A stretch of DNA of 64,000 nt. Origin: Malacoraja senta (Eukaryota). The position numbers and the translations under genes are program-made. Shown here piece by piece: positions 38,512 through 53,500 of the stretch; the first letter of the stretch is position 1, and the number at the start of each line of letters is the position of its first letter. The notes beneath the pieces are model-generated. The model searched no databases, was not told the origin of the DNA, and saw only the letters and a list, made by a program, of their open reading frames with translations. The DNA lies in NCBI GenBank assembly GCA_038087875.1, contig CM075992.1, positions 746,001 to 810,000 on the forward strand. The letters run 5' to 3'.

Positions 38512-41500
38512 GGCAGATTGGGCCAGGGGAAAGGGAAGATGGAAACAGCTGAGGAAAGGTGATGAGAAGGAACACGAAAACTGTAGGAAGGAACTGCAGA
38601 TGCTGGTTTAAACCGAAGATAGACCACATAATGCTGAGTAACTCAGCGGGACAGGACAGGGGGGGGGAGGGGGAGGGGGGGGGGCGTAAGGGAAAGGAGA
38701 CAAAAAATGGAAAGGCCGGAAAAAAGGGGAAAAGGGGAGAGGTGAATGTCACGGAAAAAGGGGAGAGAGATGAATGTCACGAGCTGTGAGAGGAGATGGT
38801 TGGGGGAGGTATAATAGTAATGTTTAAAACACATTTTACAGGTACATGGATAGGACAGTTTGGAGGGATATGGGCAAAACGCAGGCAGGTGGGACTAGTG
38901 TAACTGGGACATGTTGGTCGGTGTAGGCAAGATGGGCCGAAGGGCCTGTTTCCAACGCTGTATCACTCTAGATAGAAACAGACTGGAGGGGAGGTCACCT
39001 AAAATTGGAAAGTTCAACGTTCATACTATTGGGGGGGGGGGTGGGAAGATTGCAACCTTCACCTGGTCCGCCCTTTTTCGACGAATGCAATCAACCCGGC
39101 GTGCACAATCAAATAAGATCAAATAGAACAAGTTGTCCTACAACTTTAGGCTGTGCACGCCACACGAAAGAAGATACTATTGGGATTAAAACTGGATGAG
39201 AAATGAGTTCTACCATTAATTTGCAGTTAGAAAAATTGTAATTCAACATTTAGTTTTGTCAACTTTAGAAATTACTCAACAAGTTTGAAAATACTTTGGT
39301 TTAAGGATTGGGGGAGGGGGAGGGGGGGATTCCATGGCTGACTGAATCACACAATTATACTGAGTTGCTACTGGCACCTTGCCACATATATTCACAAAAA
39401 TGATATGAATGCACACACTTAGATATATGAGAGATACTTTGTGAATGTTGCTCCTATGCATCACGTTCCCCAGAGTGCAGGTATTTATTTGTGCTGAGTC
39501 AGAGGGTCATACATTGGAAGTCCTGTGTTTATCACTCCACGTCAGCGTTTGGTACTTTATGTCTCATTCCCAATAATTTCTTGGTGATTTATTTGAGACA
39601 GCATAGCTACATTTATACAGTCATAGTCAGAGACTCATAGATTGATACAGTGTGGAAATAGGCCCTTCGGCCCAACTTGCCCACACCGGCCAACATGTCC
39701 CAGCTACACTAGTCCCACCTGCCTGCACTTGGTCCATATCCTTTCAAACTTGTCCTATCCATGTACCTGTCTAACTGTTTCTTAAACGATGGGATAGTCC
39801 CAGTCTCAACTACCTCCTCCAGCAGTTTGTTCCATACACCCACCACCCTTCGTGTGAAAAGGTTCCCCCTCGGATTCCTATTTAATCTTTTTCCCTTCAC
39901 CTTGAACCTATGTACTCTGGTCCTCGATTCCCCTACTCTGGACAAGAGACTGTGCATCTACCCGATCTATTCCTCTCATGATTTTATACACCTCTATAAG
40001 ATCACCCCTCATCCTCCTGAGCTCCAAGCAATAGAGATCCAGCCTACTCAACCTCTCCCTATATGCATCCAGCTCCCCTGCTCAACCTCACACCCTCTAG
40101 TCCTAGCAGCATCCTCGTAAATCTTCTCTGAACACTTTCAAGCTTGACAATATCTTTCCTATAACATATTTGGTACAGAAAGCATCAAGCTCAGGCAAAA
40201 GCAGCTGCCAGCACTTTAACCTGTCAGGAAATGTTAGAGAATGAACTGAACAGAAATGTTAGTCTGGATTCCTCTTTCACAGTTGAAGCAGGTTATTCCA
40301 GGGAGAACTCGAAACTGGAGAGGGAACATTGTGGTCAAAAGCATATTCTCTCTAACTTTATTGGTATCCTTTATTTCTTTAGAAACAAAGAACTGCAGAT
40401 GCTCTTGAATACACAAAAGGATACAAAGTGCAGGAGTAACTCAACGGGTCAGGCAGCATCTGTGGAGAACATGGATAGGTGACGTTTTGGGTTGAGACTG
40501 AAGAAGGGTCTTGACCCGAAACATCAACTCTCCATGTTCTCCAGAGATGCTGCCTGACCCGCTGAGTTACTCCAGCACTCTGGTTCTGGACTCCCCCAAT
40601 ATCAGGAACATTTTTCCTGCATCTAGCCTGTCCAATCCTTTAAGAATTTTACATGTTTCTATAAGATCCCCTCTCATCCTTCTAAATTCCAGTGAATACA
40701 AGCCCAATCGATCCATTCTTTCATCATATGACAGTCCCGCCATTGTCACATGTACCGAGGTACAGTGAAAAGCTTTTTGAGATAATCAGAGAGAGAGAGA
40801 AAAAGAGAGAGAGAGGCTCTCCAAATCTCCATTTAATGACCTCTGTTCTCTACACAGGTTTAGGTGCTCAAGACGAAAGCAACGAGAAGCCAAGACGTTT
40901 CAGTGAAATATTCCGGGAGCTGGATGCATTTGAAATTTCCTTTGGAAACTCGTGAGTAGAATGGAAGCCACGCTGAATCCCAGTTGATTCCGGCTTTACT
41001 GTGCTGGGCTCCAACTTGAAGCGAGAAAAATAACCTAACCAATGAGTTCTGTTTGACTGAGCACTGTTTTCACGCAGTGTAGTTTAGTTTAGGGCGGTGC
41101 GGCGGTAGAACTGCAGCCTCACAGCGCCAGAGACCCCGCATTTAATCCTGACAACGGGCGCTGTCTGTATGGAGTTTGTACATTCGCCCAGTGACCACCT
41201 GGGTTTTCTCCAGGTGTTCCGGTTTCCTCCCACACTCCAAAGATGTGCAAGTTTGTAGGTTTCTGTAAATTGGCTTCTATAAATTGTCCCTCGTGTGAAG
41301 GATAGTGCTAGTGTACGGTCAGCGCAGACTTGGTGGGCTGAAGGGTCTATTTCTGCGTTGAATCTCTAAAGACTTTACTTTAAAGTCACCAATTGAAAAA
41401 GGGGGCTGTGGTCTTGGTTATAAGCCATGAATTGCTCCTCATCGCCCAACCAAGCCACCAGATCAAGAAACCATGACAAATAACAGTAGAAGGTTTCTCT

Positions 41501-44500
41501 AATAGAGTTTCTCGAATAATGAAAGGCTTGGATAGAGTGGATGTGGAGTATATGTTTCCACTAGTGGGAGTATCTAGGACTAGAGGTCATTGTCTCAGAA
41601 TTAAGGGAGGTTACTTTAGGAGATGAGGAGGAATTTCTTTAGTCAGTGGTGAATCTGTGGGAATATTTGCCACAGAAGGCTGTGGTGGCCAAGTCAATGG
41701 ATATCTTTAAGGCAGAGATAGATAGATTCTTGATTAGTGCGGGTGTCAAGGGTTATGGGGAGAAGGCAGGAGAATGGGGTTGTGAGGGAAAGATAGATCA
41801 GCAATGATTGAATGGCAGAGTAGACTTGATGGACCGAATGGCTTAATTCTGCTCCTATTACTTATGATCTTGTGAACTAATGTGTTGTAAGTTAACACCA
41901 TACTGTTCTTACCAATCCAGCACAGTGGACCTGTTCATGACAGAAGCAGAAGGCAGCATAACCTTGCCAGAACAATCTCCTGAGGACGAGAGTCTGGTGA
42001 GTCCTGAGTACCTGCTTCACCACCACCTGACCTTACCAGCAGAGGTGATGAAGACATTCCTGCCCTGCACCCTTGGTCAGATTGTACAAACAAAGAACTG
42101 CAGATGCTGCTTTACACAAAAGGGCACAAAAGTGCTGGGGTAACCCGCTGAGTTACTCCAGCTTTCTGTCTATCTTTGGTTTAAACCAGCCTCTGCAGTT
42201 CATCCCTACACATGTAGTGCAGTGGAAATACCCATCCCATAACGCTAGTTCAAGTGATAGTTTTGAGACCACATTTGATGAATTGTTGATGTTAAAACAT
42301 TTAAGGATAAAGAACCAAGGCAGATAGATAGCATGATGATCCACATCAGCCATTGTTTAATTTAGTTTAAAGATACAGCAGGTATATGGAATGAGCTGCC
42401 AGAGGCGGTAATGGAACCAGAAACTATAACAACATTTAAAAGACATTTAGACAGGCACATGGGTAGGAAAGGTTTGGAGGGATATGGACCAAACACGGGC
42501 AGATAAGAATAGTGTAGATGGGGCAGCTTGGTCAGCATGGGTGAGAGGGGCTGAAGGGCCTGTTCCCACACTCTATGACTGTAACTAACGTTTAATTGAA
42601 ATGTTTGATCTTGGGAGCAAAGTTTCACTCAGGAGATTACTGTTTCCGTTGTTTTTCCTTCAGGTGAATGAGGATTTCTTCCCGGGTTGCCATGACCACA
42701 AAATGGAGGAGAGAGATGAGTTCCAAACTTCAGGTATGCCACCTGTGTGAGCCAGCACCACCATTCAATATGATCATGGCTGATCATCTAAAATCAGTGC
42801 CTGTTCCTGCTTTCTCCCCATATCCCTTGATTCAGTTAGCCTTAAGAGCTAAATCTCTTTTGAATACATCCACATTCTCTGCCACAGAATACATCTTCTG
42901 TGGCAGAGAATTCTACAGATTCACAACTCCCTGGGTGAAAAAGTTTTTCCTCATCTCAGTCCTAAATGGCCTACCCCTTATTCTTAAACTGTGAGGACTC
43001 CCCCAACATCGGAAACATTTTTCCTGCATCTAGCCTGTCCAATCTCTTAAGAATTTTATATGTTTCTATAAGATCCCCTCTCATCCTTCTAAATTCCAGT
43101 TAATAAAAGTCCACTGAGTTACTCCAGCACTTTGTGCCTATCTACTTGTACGTCTGATAGCTCGTTCCAGGCACCTCTGCTCCAGGTGACCAGGTGACCA
43201 TCAAAGGATACCTTCGATTTTATCCAGCATCTGCAGTTCTTTCTTACACCCTTCTTCATTGCATTTGTTTTATCTTTTTGCACTATTATTGTTTGTTTTT
43301 ATGTGTATGCGTGTGTGTATATGAATATACATATATTTCTCACTCCTTATATTGTAAAACAAGAGAACATACAGACAGCACCCGTAGTCAGGATCGAACC
43401 CGGGTCTCTGGTGCTGTGAGGCAGCAACTCTACCGCTGCACCACCATGCTGACAACAGGTGTGGCTGTGGTTTCCTTCATCAGCTGAGTACAATGACGAG
43501 AGTGTAGTTAACAAAACGTGCGCACAGAATGAGTTGCTGCTGTGTGAGTGAAAGAATCTGATGATCTTCCTATTGAAGAAGTTGGAACAAACTATCTGCC
43601 GTGTGGGCGATGTACAGAGGCTGCTTTTGTGCTCCTCGGCATTGGCACGTTCCTTGTGTAAGAGTCTCTCACTGAACTGGACTATCTGGCTGCTCTGCAT
43701 TCTTACTAAGTGTTTCAAGTTGTTGGGAAAGTTTAGTACAGCAGTATCTGGGAGAAGATCAGCATATGCCAGCCCAGCCTGGAGCCTGTGCAGTGGCCTC
43801 AGTACAAACACGTGGAGCAGACTCACTGCAAAACCACGCAGGTACACCAACGTTTGGTGTCCTGTGTCAGCCTGGCTCTGGGTGGGTTTTAGATAAGCAG
43901 AGGATGGTGGGATATGGATCATGTACTGTCAGATATTATCATGTATTCAGCACAGATATTATGGGCTGAAGGGCCTGTTCCTGTGCTGTACTGTTCTATG
44001 TTCAGTGAACATTTGCTGAACCTGTCATTCCTTTAACTTTCATTCCCATCCAGCGATTTCTCTGTTTTAGTTTTCTGTTTTATTGTGTTTCTATTAACTT
44101 AACAAATATCTCTATTGTTAACTCTCTCTAGTTATCTCTGTCCTTCCCTATCTGGGGATTTTGTTCTTGTGCACAGACTGTTTGTGTCTCTTTCACCTTG
44201 TCTTAACCAGGGTGTTAATTAATCCGTGTCTTTGGTCTCCTCCCTCTGAGAGTCATCAGGACATATTGCTACTTAGCGTTGTTAATCTGTGGCAGCTCGC
44301 TGCCAAGGTCAGTCTGTTGCAGGGCCTCTAGCTCTATGTCAGGCTCTGCCTGGGACAAGCCAGGCTGGCTCATGACCCGCTCTCCTTGTGCTCTCTCTGC
44401 AGCTGAGGAAGCTGATGCCATGCTGATGAAGTGTGTGGGTGGTGTTGAGTCGGCCCTGCAGTACACCAAGCACTGGACCAAGTACACAAAGGACCTGCTG

Positions 44501-47500
44501 TTGTGGATGGACAAGAGGATTTGTGCCGGTGAGCAGTGTGACTAGCAGATAAGACACAAAAAGCTGGAGCAACTCAGCGGGTCAGGCAGCATCTCTGGAG
44601 TGAAGGAATAGGTAACGTTTTGAGTCGAGACCCTTCTTCAGACCATGTGATGTACTGGCAATTTGGTACTGTGTGGTGGGGAGAGAACAGTGTGTTCAGT
44701 GTCTTATTATTGCACCGTGTGTGTTGACAGCAGTTCAAGCTGTGCGCCCATGAGCCTATCCTCAGTAAATAATATTTAGAGGTGGAGCAGTGGTAGAGTT
44801 GATGCCTTACAGCCGCAGACACTCGGGTTCGGGTAGTATCTGTACGGCGTTTGTATGTTCTCCCCATGACCGTGTGGGTTTTCTCCTGGTGCTCCGGTTT
44901 CCTTCCACTCCAAAAGCATGCAGGTTTGTAGGTTTTAATTGGCTTTGGTAAGTTGTAAAATTGTCCCTAGTGTGTGTAGGTTATGGTAGGGGGATAATCA
45001 TTGGTCGGCATGGACTCGGTGGGCCAAAGGGCCTGTTTCTGTGCTGTATAAGTAAAGTAAAGAAGCAAGGAACTGCAGATGCTGGTTTACAAAAGAAGAC
45101 TCATAGTGCTGGAGTAACTTGGCAGGTCTGGCAGCATTCCTGGAGAACATGGATAGGTCATGTTCTCCAAAGATGCTGCCTAACTCTAGTTAGTTCAGTT
45201 TATTATTGGCTTGTGTACTGAGGTAGAGTGAAGGGCTTTTTTGTGCATTCGTTCCAGTCAGTGAGAAGATTGTACATGATCACAATCAAGCCGTCCACAG
45301 TCTACACATATGTTAAATGGAGACAAGAGACTGTAGATGCTGGAATCGAGCAAAAATGCAAACTATTGGAGACATTTCACACCAAAAAAACGAGATCAGT
45401 GACTCTGTGCCGACCAAGATTGAAAGTTATTGTCTACTGCCGAAGATGGCTGGAATTGGTGGTTTGGATGGCTTGGTGATTTGACTGGAATACCTAATTG
45501 GCTTGGTAAAATTGTAAATTGTCCCTAATATGTGTAGGATAGTGTTAGTGTGCAGACTCGGTGGGCCGAAGGGCCTGTTTCCGCGCTGTATCTCTAAAGA
45601 AAACCTATATGTTTATGGATTTGTGACATGGCTCTGCTCCCATTTCTGTGCACAAAATGATGGAACAGAAAGACTTAGGAAGTTCTTTCCTTGAGCAATG
45701 TTGTCATTTCCCCTAACAGTGTCTTTGTTTTACAGAGATTGAGTTCTCAAAGAGCATAATGAAAATGGCAGAAACAAGCAAGAACTTGATTAACCAGGAG
45801 GTAAAGTGTTCAATTTCAAGGTCGCTGTGTCTTGGTGGGTTTGTTGGTTTGACTCCTTGGATGAGACATGTACAGAGATCTCCACATGGACTGGGGAATG
45901 CAAACATACACCCCCAAAGTTGTCATTGAAAGGACCACAGAGTTCTGGAGGTGGCACAGTGGCACATCCGTACACTGTGGACAGAACGATTGTAATCATG
46001 TATAGTCTTTCCGCTGACTGGTTAGCAAGCAACAAAAAGCTTTTCACTGTACCTCGGGATTGCCGTGAGAGGGGGGAGGGGAACAATGGATTATAGGGGG
46101 CCACAATGATGGGGGGGGAGGGGGAAGAACAAAGGGGGACCTAGTGCGGATACTGTGCGTACTTTGTAACTTTGTTGGCATCCTTTATGTGGCAGCTATT
46201 TGCATACCTTGAATATGCAAGCAAAGAATTTCACTGTGACATGTCACATCTGACAATAAAGTATTAATTCATTCATAAAATCAACAAACGTCACATTAGT
46301 GCTGCTGCCTCCGCTCCAGTGACCTGGGTTCGATCCTGACTTTGGGCATTGTGTTCCCCTCATACCTGTGGGTTTCCTCCAGGTGCTTCCTTTCAGTTTC
46401 ACCCTGCATCCCAAAGATGTGCGCGTTGGTACTGTACTTAACTACTCTGTAAATTCCCCTTGCCAATGCCCAGTTTAGTTTATTGTCACATGTACCGAGC
46501 TACAGTGAAAAGCTTTTGTACTGTGCTAACCGGTCAGTGGAAAGACAATACATGATTACGGTATTGGCGGTTGGTCGAATCTTCTGGGAATTGATGGGAA
46601 TATGGTGAGAATAAAGTGGGTACTTGGTGATTTGCCTGGGCTCGGTACACCAAGGGGCTTGCTCCATGCTGGATGAATCTGTAACCACACAATAACTGAA
46701 GCATTTCCAGGGGAGTATCAGGATGTTCCAGATGTGTCCTGGTGGGACTCCAATCTGAATGTGAAATTGAGAAGCAGAGTTTGACACCCAGCCTGGGATA
46801 GGATGAGGTCCAGAACGTGTTAATTAGTCTGTTTGAGCTGCTCCATCTATTGTCTTAACGTCAAATTATCCATACGTTCAGAAATCCTAGCAGCAGAATC
46901 AGGCCATTCCGCCCATAAATCTACTCCACCATTTAATCTTGGCTAATCTGTCTTTCCCTCTCAACCCCATTCTACTGCCTTCTCCCCATATTCACTTGAC
47001 ACCCTTATTAATCAAGAATCTGTCAATCTCCGCCTTAAAAATATCCATTGACTTGGCTTCCACAGCTGTCTGTGGCAATGAATTCCACAGATTCACCACC
47101 CTCTGCAATCCAACCACAAAGCTGTGTTCTACATTGTGATGCTAGCCGTCAAAATACAACGTTTTTAGATTGTTATTCAAAACCATGGCCTTAAAAGAAA
47201 ATAACTTGTGCATCAAAGATTGTTGAAAGTATAGAGAGTGAATAAATGATGCAGATGTTAACGTATAGATGTTGCAGTTATTTAAGACGTTGGGGAGACC
47301 GCATTTACAGTATTGTGGTCAGTTCTGGGCACGATGTTATCGGAAAATGTTGTCAAGCTGGAAAGGGTACAGAGAAGATTTACGAGGATGTTGCCAGGAT
47401 TAGAGGGTCTGAGCTACTGGGAGAGATTGAGTAGGCTGGGTCTCTATTCCCTGGAGCGCAGGAGGATGAGAGGTGATCTTATAGAGGGTGTATAAAATCG

Positions 47501-50500
47501 TACTAGATCGGGTAGATGCACAGAATATCTTGCCCAGAGTAGGGGAATCGAGGACCAGAGGCCATAGATTTAAGGTGAAGCAGAAAATATTTAATAGGAT
47601 TCTGAGGAGTAACTTTTTCATGCAAAGGGTGGTGGGTGTATGGAACAAGCTGCCAGAGAAGGTAGTTGAGGCTGGGACTATCCCAATGTTTAAGAAACAA
47701 TAGACAGGTACATGGATCGGACAGGTTTGGAGGGACATGGACCGAATGCGGGCAGATGGGCCGGTGTGGGCAAGATGGGCCGGTGTGGGCAAGTTTGGCC
47801 AAAGGGTCTGTTTCCACACTATATGACTCTATGAATCTATCTCAGTCATTCATATCTCCCCAACAGAAATCCATGCCCTTCCAATACACCTACACGATGG
47901 CCTTGCAGCATGACATCCAACAAGGGAATAAGTCGATCAATACCATGAGTTTGATGCAGCATAATACATACATCCAGGTGAGAAGTTTGGTGAATTTAGA
48001 ATTGTTAAGAAGTGGTATAGTATTGCTGAGATATTTGTGCCTTTTATTGCTTGAGCCTGAAGCTTTAAGCAGCAAACAACTTGATCTGATCAGCCCATAT
48101 TTTCTTTTCCGTTCGTTTCTTCAAATGTCTAACAAAGCTTAAATTGTTTCCCCTTTTTTTGCTTTTGAATAAACAGCCGCTAATGAAGATTAAAAACGAG
48201 TTGGAAAAACAACGACGAGAATTCAAAGAACAATGGCAGAGAGAATTACGCAGAATGGTGAGTGAAATGAGCGGCACGATGGTGCAGCGGTAGAGTTGTT
48301 GCCTTACAGCGCTTGCAGCGCCAGAGATCCGGGTTCGATCCCAACCATGTGTGCTGTCTGTACGGAGTTTGTACGCTCTCCCCGTGACCCGCGTGGACTT
48401 TCTCCGGAATCTTTGGTTTCCTCCCACACTCCAAAGACGTGCAGCTTTGTAGGTAAATTGGCTTGGTATCAATGTAAAAAATGCCCCCAGTGTGTGTAGG
48501 GTAGTGTTAATGTACGGGGATCGCTGGTCGGCGCGGACTCGGTGGGTCGAAGGGCCTGTTTCCACGCTGTATCTCTAAATAAATTAAACTAAAACTCAAC
48601 ACTATTGAAGATAGACACAAAATGCTGGAGTAACTCAGCGGGGACAGGCAGCATCTCTGGATAGGGTGACGTTTTGGGTCGAGACCTTTCTTCTGAGCAT
48701 CACGTGAGAGGGAAACAAGAGATGTGGAAGGTTAAGGTGTGAAAACAAGATATCAAAGGGGACGTAGATCAAGGAATAAAGGGCCTGTTTCCATACTGTA
48801 TGGCTTTATGATGATGACTCTACGACCCACTACTCCTCCGTCCTCTCCCAAGTTCAAACCATGACAATATGTGCCACTGTACCCTGGCTCAGTGGATAGC
48901 ATCCTCACGTGCAAGTCTGAATGCCATAGTTACCGATTTCCACACCAGAGACTCGAGCTCATAAGACAAGTTTATTATAGTGCAAACCTGGAAACAAGAT
49001 TTTCAGATGAGGATTTGGTGGGCCGAAGGGCTTGTTTCCACACTGTATCTCTAAACTCAAAGCTAATCACTTATAAAAAATCACATCTGGTTCATTAGTG
49101 ATAGGAGCAGAATTAGGCCATTCGGCCCATCAAGTCTACTCCGCTATTCAATCATGGCTGATCTATCTCTCCCTCCTAACCCCATTCTCCTGACTTCTCC
49201 CCATAACTCCTGACACCCATACTACTCAAATGGTTCTTTTCTCTTCTTTAATTATCTGTGTCCTGAACATGTGGGGAGACCATTGATAAATAAACACAAT
49301 TGTTTGCCCCCTATCTACTGATAAATATAGGAATTATCAGATTAAACATAGATAACAAGTTTTACATAGAAACAGAAAATAGGTGCAGGAGTAAGCCCTT
49401 GGAGCCAGCTCCGCCAGTCAATATGATCATGGCTGATCATCCAGAATCAGTACCCTGTTCCTGCTTTCTCCCCATATCCCTTGATTCCATTAGCCCTAAG
49501 AGCTAAATCTCTTTCTTGAAAACATCCAGTGAATTGGCCTCCAATGCCTTCTGTGGCAGAGAATTCCACAGATTCACAACTCTCTGGATGAAATTTTTTT
49601 CCTTATCTCAGTCCTAAATGGCCTACCCCTTATTCTTAAACTGTGACCCCTGAATCTGGACTCCCCCAACATGGGGACATTTTTCCTGCATCTAGCTTGT
49701 CCAATCCTTTAAGAATGTTATATGTTTCTATAAGATTCCCTCTCATCCTTCTAAATTCCAGTGAATATAAGCCCAGTTGATCCATTCTTTCATCATATGT
49801 GAGTCCTGCCATCCCGGGAATTAACCTGGTGAATCTTCGCTGCACTCCCTCAATAGCAAGAATGTCCTTCCTCAAATGAGTAACTGTGCTGGTAACTATG
49901 AGGCTGAATGCATGAAATACATTTCGGGAAAGAGCTGGTGATGATGCTGTAAACCTCTTTCTAACTGCAGAATGAGAGCTTAACAGCGCTGCGGAAATCA
50001 AAACACATGTACTTCCAGCGCAGCGAGGAATTTGAAAAAGCAAAGCAGCAAAGTGCCAAGGCCGAGGAAGATCAGTTTTCACTGAATATGGGCGGAAACA
50101 ATCCAGGTAGTGCCAGCAAGACTCTGGAGAAACGCAAACGGTCAAAGGATGAGGCACAGATGAAGGTGAGTAAGTTCTTGATTCAGAAGTAGGCCATTCG
50201 GCCCATCAAGTATGGAATTGAATGCAGTTTGCTGCAAATAGGCTAGTTCGCTGTTTCCAAGGCGGTAGAGTTGTTCTCTCTCTTTTCCGATGTATTTGAT
50301 CATTCTGTGTCCATTGGAGTATTTGGTTTGATTGTAGCATTTTGAGCTGAAAGGTTATTTCAAGGCGTATGGAATGCAAATATGCTAATTCGCTGTTTCA
50401 AGCTCGGTATAGTTGTTTTTCATTGCACGGCTGTCAACTAAAAGGTAGCAACTAACAACATTTCTAAACTATCTTATCTGATGTATTTGATCATTCTGCA

Positions 50501-53500
50501 TCCATAACCCCAGAGGAAATGTGATCATTCTCCCCATAACCCCTGACACCGGTACTAATCAAGAATCTGCCTTTAAAAATATCCATTGACTTGGCCTCCA
50601 CAGCCTTCTGTGGCAATGAATTCCACAGATTCACCACTCTTTGTTAACCACTGTTCACCACTTAACTTTGTTAAGTTTGCCAAACACGACTTCCCTTCCT
50701 TAAAATATTGTTAGTTTTGCTCAATCGTGCTATCAGTTTCCGAATGGCATGTTCCTACATCCTTAGAATTTTGAAAACAAAAGATCTTTTCTAAATGAAG
50801 CTAGTTTCCTGCATTCTTTCAATATCCAATACTCTGTAGGGCCCTACCATTCAAAGTGTGTGACTAATTAGAATTCCAAAGATATCATATATGCTTATCA
50901 ACTTATGAATGAGTTCCATCCGGTTAGTTTAGTTTAGAGATACAACAGCGTGGAAACTGAGTCCATGCCAACCAACCATCACCCGTACACTAGCTCCATG
51001 TTATCCCAGTTTTGGATCCTACAAACTAGGGACAATTTACAGAAGCAAATTAATCTACAAACCTGAAGGTCTTTGGAATGTGGGAGGAAACCGGAGCACC
51101 CGGAGGAAACCCACGTGGTTACGGGGTGAACGTACAAACTCCGTACAGACAGCACCCGTGGTCAGGATTGAACCCGGGTTTCTGGCACTGTGAGGCAGCA
51201 ACTCTACCGTCCTATTGATGTATTTTTGAACATTGGTCAGACAATCACAAAAGCAATCCTCCCCCGGCTCCTAATAACCAAGCAAATTTTGGGTCCAATG
51301 TGCCAACTTGCCTTGAATCCCAAAGATCTTTGACAGTTTGACCGCTGTAGGCATTGTAGCTGAGCACTCATTCTGCTGGAGTTTCTAACAACGAGTGGTT
51401 CTGACTTCCCATCTACCTCATTAGAGACACTTGGACTATCTTTAATCAGACTTTAATACTGGACTTTATCTTGCACTAAACTTTATTCCCTTTATCATTT
51501 ATTTTTGAAGAAGGGTCTCGACCCGAAGCGTCACCTATTCCTTCGCTCCATAGATGCTGCCTCACCCGCTGAGTTTCCTTTATCACATATCTGTACACTC
51601 TGGATGGTTCATGTATCATCTTTCCGCTGACTGGATAGCACGCAACGAAAGCTTTTCACTGTATATCGGTACATGTGACAATAAACTAAACTAAACTAAA
51701 TGATTTATCAATTGTCTAATACTATTAATTTTCACCTTTTGTTATTGGATCAGGAGTGACACTTTGGAACATCACGACCAGAATTCTCTATATACATGCG
51801 TAGGAAGGAGCAGCAGATGCTGGTTTACATCGAAGATAGACACAAAATGCTGGAGTAACTCAGCGGGACAGGCAGCATCTGTGGAGAGAAGGAATGGGTG
51901 ACGGTCTGAAGATGGGTCTCGACCGGAAACGTCACCTATTCCTTTTCTCCAGAGATGCTGCCTGTCCCTCTGAGTTACTCCAGCATTTTGTGTCTATTTT
52001 CTCTATATACATTTCCCTTGTCAAATACATAATCTGATAATTGGACCTAGCTAAGCTCGAATAATAGTGTCTTGCAGATGAAAGTTTGATGTTTTAATCG
52101 GTTATACGTTTACAGTCCTTGAGATGGATGTACCCCCTTCAATGCTGATACACTTCAACCGTCCCTCTGCCCCCATAGGTTCACGAGACTGAAGTACATT
52201 ATAAGAACTGTGTTTATGAGGCCAACTTCAGACGCAATGAACTGGAGAAAATAAAAGTGGAGATTATAACGCAGCTACGCAAACTCATCTGCAGTGGCGA
52301 CAACATTCTAAAAGTGGTGAGCTCATCCCCTGTCACTTTTGTGTAAGAAGGAACTGCAGATGCTGGTTTAAACCGAAGATGGACACAAAAAGCTGGAGTA
52401 ACTCAGTGGGACAGGCAGCATCTCTGGAGAGAAGGAATGGGTGACGTTTCGGGTCGAGACCCTTCTTCAGTCTGAAGAAACGTCACCCATTCCTTCTCTC
52501 CAGGGATGCTGCCTGTAACGCTGAGTTACTCCAGCTTTTTGTGTCTATCTTCCCTTTCACTTTTATTTTGTCTAAAGTAAACTTGCCTTTACCTTTCTTT
52601 CTTTCTTCAATGGTTCAAAAGTTCAGTGGTGTTTTATTTGTCACAACTGCAACTGCACAGTGACATTATTTTTGCATATATTACACATGCTGGTGCTGCC
52701 ATGTTTTGGCGCCATTATTCAAAGTCCAAAGTCCGGTCGCTCAATGTACTGGAGCAGTTCCCGCGAACCAACGTTCCTCTCCTCTCCCTCTCTCCTCGCC
52801 CGGCCATCTTTGTGTCACGGGTGTGCCACCTGCAGCCGACCTTGAAGGCGCTGGAGGCATTACCCCGATTCACCTTCCTACCGGCCCATTCTTAGTGCCC
52901 ACTCCCAGCTCCCTCCCAGTTTAATCCATGTTGCATCTGACATGGGAGTGACTCTAGGGGGGAAAAAAGACTTGCAATTCTACGGACGCGTACCTTAATT
53001 GGTAAATTGCAACCCTTCCTATGTTGGTATCGACAGGTGTCCATGAACATGTTCCGAATGAAGCAGGAACAGATGCAAGAGGTGCCACGTTCCATGCACT
53101 CGCTGCATGAGAATCTCAAACTATATGAGCCTGCCCAGAAATACTTTGAATTTATTCAGAACTTGGACAAGAAGCCGCTGTCAACAGAGAGCTATGAATT
53201 TGAGGAGTTCTCTACCCCCAGCAGAAGGTCAGTGTTTCAGGGCTTCGTGGGTAAGGTTTGACCCATAGGTGTTGAGAACAATGAGACTAAACGGAAGTTA
53301 GGCACAAAGTGTCAGGGGTGGTGCAGCGGTAGAGTTGCTGCCTGACAGCGCCAGAAACCTTGGTTCCATCCCGACTACGGGTGCTGTCTGTACGGAGTTT
53401 GTATGTTCTCCCCGTGACCTGCGTGGGTTTTCTCCGAGATCTTCAGTTTCCTCCCACACTCCAAAGATGTACAGGTTTGTAGGTTTATTGGCTTGGTAAG

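Noticed and set aside
43737..43841. Extra in-frame GMIP cassette exon (phase 1-1, donor CAG|gtacac)
   Set aside because: The acceptor lacks a polypyrimidine tract, no homology was recognised and the gene model is complete without it; RNA data would be needed.
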